Source of the DNA: Chiloscyllium plagiosum
Lineage: Eukaryota
Direction of reading: 5' to 3'
Assembly (NCBI RefSeq): GCF_004010195.1
Contig: NC_057719.1
Span: 34,907,537 to 34,971,536, forward strand
Length of the DNA stretch: 64,000 nt
In this document: in pieces, positions 1 through 10,592 of the stretch
Numbering within the stretch: position 1 is the first letter of the stretch
Layout of the letters: every line of letters starts with the position of its first letter
The notes under the pieces: model-generated
Database searches by the model: none
What the model was told of the DNA's origin: nothing
What the model saw: the letters and a program-made list of their open reading frames with translations, nothing else
Translations under genes and position numbers: made by a program

Positions 1-189
1 GAGTTATGACTCCACCCAGTGTAAAGTTTCGTCATTTCTCATTGACTCTAGTTTGTTAGACCTCCTTGATGCCATGCTCCATCAAGTATTACTTGTTTGG
101 TTCCTAACTTGCTGTACTGCTCTATGTACTGATGATCAGATGTAACAACATTTATTAAAAATATAATTTTATAGATATCACAACATCAT

Positions 190-1154
190 TCAACTTCTTC
201 ATATAAGACAGGATGTAGTTGTGGAGAGGTGTTTCTGTGACCAGTGGTGTTCTGCAAGGATCAGTGCTGGGACCTCTCTTGATTGTAAGATACACAAATG
301 ATTTGGATGAAAAGCTAGGTGAATTGATTAGTAAGTTTTTTTTTTGAAAATGACATTAAAACTGGGCATAGTAAGGCAGGTTGTCAAAGACTATTACAGG
401 ATATAGATCAGTTGGAAAGTTGGGCAGAGAATTGGCAGATGAAGTTTAATCTCGACATGTGTTAAGTGACACATTTTGGAAGGTCAAATGCAAGAGAAGT
501 GTAAAATAAATGGCCTTTGGAGCATTAATATGCAGGGCCATTTTACGGTGCCAAGTCCGTACCGCCCTGAAAATGGCAACACAAGTGGATAAGACAGTAA
601 AGAAGGCATGTTGCATGCTTGCCTTCACCCCTCAGGGTACCGAGTAGAAAAAGTTAGCAAGTCATGGATAAGATATTAGGTGTGTTGTGTCCAGTTCTGA
701 TTGCCACGCTATAGGAAGATTGTGGAAGATTTGGCGAGGGTGCAAAAGAGATTTACCAGGTGCCAGGAGTGGAGTGTTTTCTCTATAATAAGAGGTTGGA
801 CAAATGTGGATTGATTTTGAGAACCTTGGACACTGAGGGGTGACTTCATTTTTAAGTGTATATAGTTATGAGAGGCATGGATAGTGTAGATAATTCCACC
901 TTGGGGGGGAAAAAGACTCTTGACTATCAAATACTAGAGGGGATTGGTTTAACGTGAGAGGGAAAAGTTTAAAGGAAATGTGAGGTAAGTTTTTTTTTAA
1001 AACACATTGTGATGGGTACCTAGAGTGATCTGCCAATGGAGGTGATAGAAGCAGATATGTTAGCAATGTTTAAGATGCAAATAGGCAGACACATGGACAG
1101 GCAGAGAGCAGAGGGATATGGACCATGTGCAGGCAGATAGGATTAGGTTAGAAT
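190..1154 (+). mobile_element. CR1/HER1-type LINE, degraded RT and 3' part
   Basis: VTSGVLQGSVLGP-like RT motif near 237, CR1 C-terminal TRGH/NFFTQRV-like segments; many stops. Confidence 0.8.
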
Positions 1155-1850
1155 TGTTATGAAGATGAGTGTACTGTACCTTTTTTAAGAGTTAAAAGCT
1201 CGCAGAACTACCTGACAGCAGTGTTCTGGACAAGATATAATGTAACATGTGGTTCAGTAGCTAGGGTAGCTGGTTGCCTGGAAACGACAAAACAGATTTG
1301 AATTCGGCCCAACAGTTTAAATTATACCCCCCCAAAAAAAAACAAAATTTCAATAAGTTTGAATTTAGTATGCTGACAATCTTTAAAAGCTAATGACACA
1401 ATCCAGTGCTTTGGGGATATACAACCGGAAAAATTGAGCAGTTGGGAGGAAAACTGCCAAGCCGCCAGCATCTGCAGACTACTTGGAGAATAGCTTTCTT
1501 TAAAAGTACCTTTTTATCAATCAGTGACTTGTGAAACAGAAATCCCTAAGAGCAAAAGCAGGAAGAGAAGATTAGACACCTGGCTGGTTTTGAAAACTGA
1601 AATTTTTGGTAGATCTTAATAGGTGGGTTTTATCAGAATAGTATTATAGAAGGGAAGGTAAAAGATAGGTTAGAGGAAGGAATTGTAAATAGTTGTTAGA
1701 TAATTATTCTCTGTTATACTTTAAGAAATGAAGTTGTTTGTTTTTACTTTAAATAGTTCTTGGCCTCAAGTTTTGCAGATTACTGCACGGGGATAAGTCT
1801 TGTGTTGCTGGTTTAAATTTAAGTGCGATGGTTTACCCCATATCTTAATA
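1155..1850 (+). repeat. 5' LTR of the Gmr1-like element
   Basis: Starts TGTTATG right after the CR1 fragment and ends in a degenerate inverted terminus just before the PBS. Confidence 0.65.
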
Positions 1851-1853
1851 GTT

Positions 1854-1881
1854 TGGGAGCACATCGTCTCGGGATTTGAAC
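1854..1881 (+). promoter_or_regulatory. Primer-binding site, tRNA-Pro type (degenerate)
   Basis: TGGGAGCACATCGTCTCGGGATTTGAAC resembles TGGGGGCTCGTCCGGGATTTGAAC, the complement of the tRNA-Pro 3' end. Confidence 0.7.
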
Positions 1882-4800
1882 TGGTTTAGACAGATTTTGA
1901 GGGTACGAAAATTCCCAGCAGATTTAAACACTTGCAAGTTAGTGTCCGAGATTTTTAAATAAAATGTAGGTGAGACAATTTGTTTAATTTTGGTGACTTG
2001 TGGTTGGTTTAGATTAAAAGTGAGAAATGGCTCTGAAAATTGCTAAAGAGGTTCAGGGATTTGAAAATGATTCTCAAATTTGCCAAAAAAAGTTTAGTGG
2101 AAAGAAAAATGCCATACTTATAGCATTAGTAAAGAAATTAGAAATCGACAAGTGCAGTAGAGGTAGAAAACCTTAAATTACAATTGAGGAAAATGGAGTT
2201 AGAAGATAAACAGAGGGAGAGATTGAAAGAGAATTCGAACTTGAAGTCAGCAAAGTCAAGTTAACATGAAGGATATTAAAAGAGAAGGTAGTGATATGTA
2301 TAAGTGTCAAAATTCTGCCACATTTTGTTGAAAAAGATGTTGAAGTCGTCTTTATTTCATTTGAAAAAATTGGCCCAAGCTGCTGGAGTGGTCTGAGGGC
2401 TTATGGGTAATGCTAGTTCAGACTAAACTGGTAGGCAGAGCTAGTGACTTATTTGCTGCACTGTTAGATGAGGTGTCAAGAGATTATGAAGAGGTTAAAC
2501 AGGTTATTTTAAATGCTTATGAATCGGTACTAGAAGCATGTAGACAGCGGTTCAGAAACACAAAGAAGGAACCAGGTCAGACTTATGTTGAGTTTGAAAG
2601 AATTAAATCATTGTCATTTTGATTGATGGATGCATGCTTTGAAAATAGATAGGACCTTTTGAGGCTCTGAGATTATTCTGCTGGAGGAATTTAAAAATTC
2701 ACTTCCACAGATGGTAAGAATTCATGGAGGAACAAAGTTTAGAAAGTGAGAAGGGCAGCAGAATTAGAAAATGAGTAGATGTTGGTGCATAAGACAAGTT
2801 TCTGCTGAGAATTTCGTCCTGCAAGGGATAGAAGTTTGGAGAAGAGGATATCTTGCGCTACAAAACCAAGAGTAGAACACTGGTAAGAATTTACCACCGG
2901 ATAAAAAAGAAGCCCAAGAGGATGAAAAGGAGATGTAAGGCCTCACTTGTTTCCACTGTGGTAAAGTGGGGCACATAAAGTCACAGTGCTGGTAGTTAAA
3001 GAAAGGCACTGTGTGGGTAAAGATGCAGTTTTAAAAAAAAGCTAAGCCAGTGCCATTAGTTAAGGTAGTAGAGGAGATGCCAAGAAGAGCTGAGGAGCTG
3101 CAAGAGAGTACACAGCCTAAGCAGGGGCTGGGTATGGAGTTTAGTACCTGATCTCAGCAAAGTATTCACCTCCTGAGTAAAGTTTACTCTGAACAGAGGG
3201 AGAGGGACAAGAAGTCATAATTTTGAGAGACACAGGATCTAACCAGTCGCTGATAGTAACGGATGAGTTAATATACACTCGTTCCGATCTCCTATCAGAG
3301 AGTGTGATAATTGTTGGATAGAGGGACAGAAATTTATCGTTCCCCTATGTGAGATCAGGTTGGAGTGCCAACACAAGACTGGGGAAGTTACAGTGGGAGT
3401 GATTTGACAGCGTGTCAGTTCCAGGAATTCAATTTGTTCTTTGGATCCTTCCAAAGCATTCCCATGTGGAAGTGACACCCTTTGTTGTGGAGAAGCCCAA
3501 GGACGACCAAGGAACTGAGGAGTTAAAACAGAAATTCCTGGTATTTTCCCAGACTGTGGTAACCAAATCCCACTATCATGAGTCACTGCACAAAGCAGAA
3601 AATAAGGGAAAGATTAAAGGAGTTGAGGTTCAGTTAGTGGATACCCTGTTTGACATTTTGGTGTTAGAAAAACCTGAACAGGCAGAGGATCAGACCAAAC
3701 TCCTGAAAGACTAAGATTTGCAACAGCAAGACAAGACGATTAAAAAATATGTATGTGGATGCGTACGCCAAAAAGGAAGCAGCGAATATTTCGGAGGGTT
3801 ACTATTTGAAAGATGGAATCCTAAGATGGAAATGGAGACCATGGCAGGTTTAGTGCAGAGGAGAAATGGGCTGAAGTGCAACAGATTGTGTTCCAGGTAG
3901 CATACAGACAGGAAGTGTTATCGGTAGCACATGAATTACCTGTAGGAGGTCACTTAGGGGTATGAAAGACTCTGGCTTAGGAACAAAAACATTTTTATTG
4001 GCCTGGAATGCACAAGGATGTGGTTAACTTTTGCCATACATGTCATGCATGCTAAATGGTAGGTAAGTCACAGGCACTAATAAAACACGCACCTTTGTTG
4101 CCAGTTCTCACATTGAAGGACCTCTCATGTGGGTTATAATTGATTGTGTAGGCCTATTCCTGAGAACTAAAAGTGGGGACCAATACTTGTTAACCATAAC
4201 GGATGTGTCTACCAGATTTTCTGAGGCAATTCCATTACTGAATATCAAGGCAAAAAAGGTGGTAGAGGAGTTAAAGGTAGTAGCTTTCTTCATACGATAT
4301 GGGCTTCCCAGAGAGATTCAGTTGGACCAAGGGTTAAATTTTACTGCTAGGCTGTTTGAGGTGGTTATGGGTAGCTTAGGTACACAACACCTTTAAATCC
4401 AGTGTGTACCATCCTGAATCCCACAAGCTCCAGAAGGTGGCATCAGACCTTGAAGACCATATTGAGAGCATACTGTCAGGATTACCTGACTGATTGATTG
4501 GGATAAAGGTATCCCATTTGTATTGTTTACCATTCAAGATGCCCCAAATGAATCTATTCAGTTCAGTCCCTTCGAGTTAATATTTGGGCATAAAGTGAGA
4601 CCCTTTGAAATGAAAGAAAAATTGACAGGACCAGAGTCTGAGATGTCATACTTAGATTATGGATCGGAGGTGTGGGAGATGTAAATTGAGGAGGTGAATT
4701 AGATAAACAGCATCTAAAAAGGGCACAGTGCAGAATGAAGCAGGTAGCAGATAAAAGCACTGAGACTGATGTTTTGCTGAGGGGATGACTTGTTCGTACT

Positions 4801-6122
4801 GTTACCAGTGATAGGAGATCCCTTCCAGGCCAGGTTTAGTGGTCCCTATCAAATTGAGGAAAAAGTTGAGTCAGATGAACTATTTCGTGAAGATGCCAGA
4901 TAGGGGAAAATTAAGTATCGGCTATGCCATGTGAACATGTTGAGACCGTCTTTATACAAGAGAGAACCGAAGAAACAGGTGTTAGCTACTGTCCCGCAGA
5001 GTGAGGAATCAAATCCAAATGTGGATTTTGATGTGCCTCAAAATAGCTTTAAAAAATAAAGGAGTCCTTGAGTGGGATTGGTTCGTAAGTTATTTGAGGA
5101 GCATAGAACACAGCTGTAAGATTTGTTACTACAGTACAAGAACATATGTAAGAATCAGGTGGGGATGACTAATGCTACTGTACACTAAGTAGTCAAAGGG
5201 AATACTGTTCCGATAAAACAGCACCCCTATCTGCTTAATCCTTTCTAAGCCAGAGTGGTCCAGATGGAGGTCAAGGCCATGCTCGATGCGGATATCATTG
5301 AACCAAGCCAGAGCGAGTGGAGTTCGCCGATCAGCTTAGTTCCCCAACCAGACAGGACTCAACGATTCTAGTGAATTAGCGGAAGGTCGATGCTGTTACA
5401 AAATCGAACTCCTATCCAATTCCTAGATTGGTGCACTGTACCGAGAAAGTTGGACAAGCCAGTTACATCACCACCAAGTTGGACTTAATGCGTGGTTACT
5501 GGCATGTACCTTAGACGGCAAAACTAAATTTCTGCATTTGTAACCTAAAATGGGGTATATCAGTTCAAAGTGCCCTGTGAAGAACACACCTGCCCCATTC
5601 CAAAGACTCATGAACAGTTGTGGCTGGGTTAATAAACTGTGCAGTCTATTTGGACAATGTAGTGATCTTTAGTAAGACCTGGAAAATCACATGGTACAGT
5701 TAGCAGAACTACTACAAGAAGCAAAACTGGTGATAAATTGAAAAAACTGAATTCGCCAAAGCGGATGTTTTTGGGACATAACATGGAAAGTTGACCCCAC
5801 TGAACACAAAGACTAAGGCCTTTGAGGAATTCCCACGACTAACCTCTAAGAAAGAGGTGCTTCGTTTCTTAGGAGTCAGTGAATTCTATCGGAGGGTTCT
5901 TCCAAACTGCAGCAGTATAGTGGCACTGTTATCTGATTTGCTGAAGAATAACACAGTTTTGGTGGACAGAGGCATTCTACCATTTGAAATCAATATTAAC
6001 TATCAAACCAGTTTTAGCTACATCAAACTTTTGAAAACCTTTTTTTAAAGTTGGCAACGATGCTAGTGCCATTGGAGTTGGAGCTGCACTCGTACAAGAA
6101 GTTGAGGGTGGGATTGAACTGT

Positions 6123-7110
6123 CATCCCCCAGAACAAAGACTCGCAAAGCCTCAAATTTTGCCACTAGGGGACTTTAATCCTTTCTCACTTGTCTTCTCA
6201 TGGGGGCTCAAACCCCACTTAAACACCGCTCATATCCTAGCGCAGCGAGGAGGACTTGAACCTCAAATTAACCCACCCAGGGAACTGTCCACCTATACTG
6301 CGTAGAGGGCTCTAACCTCACTTACACACCCCTCCCCCAAGACAGCGTAGAGTACTGAAACCTGTTTATCAGCACAATTGCGGAACGGTGTCTCTCAACT
6401 GAACTAATTACCGTTCGAAGAGTCCATAGAATAGAGAGTAATCGAGCGAGGGGACTGTCTCTGGCATACAGGAATATCAGCAGGGACCAAGTTTTAAAAT
6501 CTTGTGTGTCCATCTGTCTCGACACACCGATGTTCCGGGCGACTGCTGACACAGTCTGATCGTAACTGTTCATTTGGATCCTGCCAACCTGGTCAATATT
6601 GTCGTCCCGTTCCCCCTTTAGTCAAAGCAAAATGCTCAGACATAGTATGGTTTTACCTCCTTCATCTTGATTCCAGGCTGTGGAGGAAGAGAGAACAATC
6701 GCCCATGTGCAAAGAGACATGAATTCACGGTCTTCTCTCTCAAATAGCAGGGAGGAGCATCCAGACATGGCAACGTACACATTGATTGATTGTAACGGTC
6801 ATCCAATCAGCGAGTGTCAATAACAAAGGCTAAGCTATCTGCTGTTACAATGAATGTTCTTAATCTTAACTGGTTTCACATAATAAATACTTCTCACCTT
6901 GTTAACCTGACTCTACATCTTTAAATGCTTCCAATATTGTTAAATGACTACATAATGAATGCTTTTCCACCTTGTTAATCCATTACCCTTGCCTCCAGCA
7001 CCCCATTGTTAACTGCAAGTCTCATCTGATTGGAGTCATGTTTAGCTGAACCTCTTGTTTCACAAAAACTCAAAACTTAACTCTTTACCTACCTGTTCAT
7101 ACCCTGTACA
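6123..7110 (-). mobile_element. ERV-like or other LTR element 5' end: LTR (6600-7110), PBS-like site, leader
   Basis: TGT...ACA termini; CCAAT and TATA-like boxes in U3 order; TGACCAGGTTGGCAGGATCC PBS-like sequence a few nt after the LTR; GTAAGT donor in a CpG-rich leader. Confidence 0.5.
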
Positions 7111-7129
7111 CATTCTCAAAGGAGCCTGA

Positions 7130-8462
7130 ACAAAGCTGGAATCAGTGGAAATCGAGACAAACACTCTGGATGGAGTCAGACTTGGCATGTAGGATAACAG
7201 TTGTGGCTGTGGAGGTCAGTCGTCTCACTTAAGGACATCTCTGCAGGAGTTCCAGTAAAGTGTCCTAGATCCAACCACTTTCAGTTTCCTCATCAAGGGC
7301 AGTCCCTCCATCATAAGGTCAGATGTAATCCTGATTGATTGCACAGTATTCAGCACCATTTGCAACTCCTCCACTACTGAGGCAGTCCATGTTCAAATGC
7401 AACAAAACCTCAGGTGGGGGATTCCAACACATCGGTTTAAGGTAAGGGGGGAAAAAGTTAAAAAGCGTCTGAGGGATATCCTTTCCACACAGAATGTGAT
7501 GCATATGTGGAATGGGCTGCCAGGGTAATTGGTGAAGGTAGGTACAATTATAACATTTTTAAAAGGCATCTAGAAAGGTATATAAATAGGGAGGGTTTAG
7601 AGGGATATGGGCTAAATGTTAACAAATGGATCTGGGTCAGATTGGGATGCCTGGTCACCGTGGACAAGTTGGACTAAAAGATCTATTTCCACGCTGTATG
7701 ATTGAGTCTATGGCCTGGACAATCTCCACCTTGGACTGACAAGTTGTAATTAAGTTAATGCCACGCAAATTTCAAGCAATGACTGTGTTTTGAAGAAGAG
7801 ACGATTGAACCACTAACACTTAACATTCAATATGTTACCATTACTGAATCCCCCACAACTGGTATTCTGGGGTTACTATTAATCAAACTCAACTGGACCC
7901 TCCATATAAATACAGGGGCTGGGAACACTGCAGTCAGTAACTTGCTTCCTCCAGACTCCCCAGAGACTGTCCATCATCTACAAGGCTCAGGTTAAGAGTG
8001 TGATGGAATACTCCTTACTTGCCTGAATGAGTGCAGTTCCAACAACACTCCAGAAGCTTGACTCCATCCTGGACAAAGCAGCCTGCTTGCTTAGCACCAT
8101 CTGATGCTTAACACCAGAAGTGTATACATCTACAAGATTCTCTGCAGAAAGTTGCCAAAAATCCTTTGACAAGACCTTCCAAACCCCTGACCACTTGCAT
8201 TTGGTGGTTTTCTCATGTATCTGGCCAGTGTCCTTCTAAATGCAAGTTCCCCTCCATCCCCACTGACCATCCTTACTTGGAAACATTTCACCATTCCTTC
8301 AGTTGTTGAATCAAAATCCTGGAATTTCCTCTCAAATGGAATTACCTACAACATATGGACAATAGCTGTTCAAAAAGGCAGCTCACCACCAGCTGATCAA
8401 GGGCAACTAGTAATAGGCAATAAATATTGACCAACCAGTGACAGGGGTCCCATGAGTGAATC
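7130..8462 (+). mobile_element. LINE of the CR1/L2 group, degraded RT and 3' end, interrupted by a CR1 3' fragment (~7415-7712)
   Basis: SAGVP..SVL.PT.F..FI..PSIIRS motif, TIYKAQVKSVMEYS; tail GGCAATAAAT also seen degenerate at ~27300 and ~59140. Confidence 0.65.
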
Positions 8463-8469
8463 GAAAAGG

Positions 8470-9525
8470 AAATTGTTTAACTAACTTACTGGAGTTCTTG
8501 GAGAAGCAACTTGTTCTGTGAATAAAGGGAACCAGTGAATGTGTTGTACTTGAGTAGGAGTAAAATGGGTCTTTTTCAGGCTGGCAGAATATCACAAGTG
8601 ATGTGTGCCACAGAGTTTGAAACCTCAATTCTTTGCATGTTGTTTATATAAATGATTTGGATGAAGGGATCAAACATAACGTTTGCTGATGACACATTGA
8701 TAGTGGGGAAAGCAAGTTGTGAAGAGGATATAAAGAGCCTACAAAGGCATATAGATACATTAGTTGAGTAAACAAAAACCTGGCAAATGGAGTATAATGT
8801 GGGTAAGTGAAAACTTGTCAGTTTTGATTGAAAGAATTAAAAAGCATTTTATCTAGATGGTGAGACGTTGCAGAGTTTTGTGACAGAAATCTTTGTCCCT
8901 TGTTCATGAATCGCAGAAAGTTAATATTCAGGTTCAGCAGTTAGTCAAGAAAGCTAATAGAATGTTATGTTTTATTGCAAGGGGGAATTTAATGAAGGGA
9001 GGGAGGTTATCAAAAGCATTAGTACCAGTACTCCACATGTTCTCAATGTGTTGGAAGCACACTGAGGGTGCACTAGATTAATAACTAGAATCAGTGGACT
9101 ATCTTGTGAGGGAAGGCTGGGCCTGTATTCTCTAGAGTTTGGAAAAGCCACAAGTTGAAACGTCAAACATCCTAAGAGTACTTGATCAGGTCGATGTGGA
9201 AAAGTTGTTTCCTGTTGTGGGAGAATCTCGACCTAGGGGTCATAGTTTAAAAATAAAATAGGTAAACCCTTAAGTCAATTGAAGAAAAAGGATTCTCTCA
9301 GATGGTGACTAATTGGAATTCCCTTCCTCAAAGCAGTGGATGCAGAAACTTTAAATATTTTTAAAGCAGGGGTAGATAGAGTTTTTTGATTGTCAAGTTG
9401 ATGAAAAATAATCGGTGATGCACAGGAATGTAGAGTTCAAATCAAAATTGGATCAACCGTAATTGTGTTTAATGAAGGAACATACTCTAAGGGCTGAGTG
9501 ACCTCCTCTTGTTCCTGGTTTGTAT
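8470..9525 (+). mobile_element. CR1-type LINE fragment
   Basis: FADDT at ~8682, KANRML.FIARG, SRPRGHSLK motifs. Confidence 0.75.
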
Positions 9526-9539
9526 GACATTTATCCCTA

Positions 9540-9715
9540 AAACTCTAGATGCCTTTGATGCTGTTGATATTATTTGCTTAACATTTTCGAAAATGTGCTC
9601 TATGCAAAAGGCACTGAAAAAATACTAGAAGCAAAATGTTACACAGATAATCGGCTTTTACAGTGTAACATACATTCTATAAAAACTGAAAAAATAGATA
9701 CTTCCAATTTAAAGC
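9540..9715 (+). mobile_element. Possible Ty1/copia-type RNase H remnant
   Basis: TLDAFDAVDI.. then CYTDNRLL..NIHSIKTEKIDTSNLK, similar to the copia RNase H C-terminus. Confidence 0.35.
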
Positions 9716-9749
9716 ACCACAATTTTTTTTTTTGTGAACCTGTTTTTAA

Positions 9750-10140
9750 AATCAACCTGTTCAAAGATGCAGTAAATACTCTGGAGCAGGAAGAATCTGG
9801 ATCTCTCAATCCAGCAGAAGGTATACTCCCACTGCATCACAATAGCCCTCCTTTGAAAGGTCAAGATACTTTCTAATCCAACCTGTTAAGAGATGTTATT
9901 GCACAAGGCTGGAGCAGGTCAGACATTAACCCAGGCCCGCTGGTTCAGGGGTATGGACACTATCATTGCACGACAAGGGGCTTTCTCCTTTTAAGGGTCA
10001 TCGAAAAGAAATAACTTATTTTTCCTAATCAGCCTGTTCAGAGACACTATAGCATGCCACTACAGCAGGTGGAACTTGAACCCAGGCCTCTTGGTTCAGG
10101 GTTAGGGACACTACCACTGTGCCACAACAGCTTCCTTCCT
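9750..10140 (-). repeat. Three tandem diverged copies of a tRNA-derived SINE-like unit (~130 bp)
   Basis: Best copy has A-box TGGCACAGTGG and B-box GGTTCAAGTTC on the minus strand; AACCTGTT/GAGCAGG motifs recur three times. Confidence 0.6.
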
Positions 10141-10592
10141 TAAGTGCCAAAACCTTCAGAGAACATTGACGCTTATTGGACATTGTAGATGAGACCTGGG
10201 TTCAGAGGCTGTTGTCTCCCCTCCCTAACTCCATTTTGATTTAGTGATCTCCCTCCTCTCCTACCTCTCATTTCTTTGTGTTATTACATTGCCCTTCAAT
10301 GGGCTCTGCCATATAGTGAACAGTTGGAAACACAGGTGCTGTTAATGTTGGATAATACATAAAGTTGATATAAGTGATCTGGCAATGGATCTAGCTCTTC
10401 AGGTGTGTGATAATATTGGATGTAATTTGATTAATTGGAAAACTCTCATTTAGTGGTGGAGGATAATAGGTGAAAAGTACTGAACTAACTCAGCTGGTAT
10501 TCTATCACCAAGTCACTTTTTTTACTTATACATGCATTGTACTTGATAGTGGTCCAGCTTCCTGTGAACGAACAGAACCACTGATCCTCCTG

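Larger units (their letters stand above)
1155..6122 (+). mobile_element. Gmr1-like Ty3/gypsy LTR retrotransposon, degraded and 3'-truncated
   Basis: 5' LTR and PBS; gag from ~2027 with CFHCGKVGHIKSQC knuckle (2948-2989); protease ILRDTGS (3220-3240); integrase (AHELPVGGHLG..CHTCHAC, IIDCVG..DQG, GPY, ~3900-4950); RT (EPSQSEWSSP, KLDLMRGYW, YLDN 5647-5658); RNase H start DAS at 6059. Confidence 0.88.
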
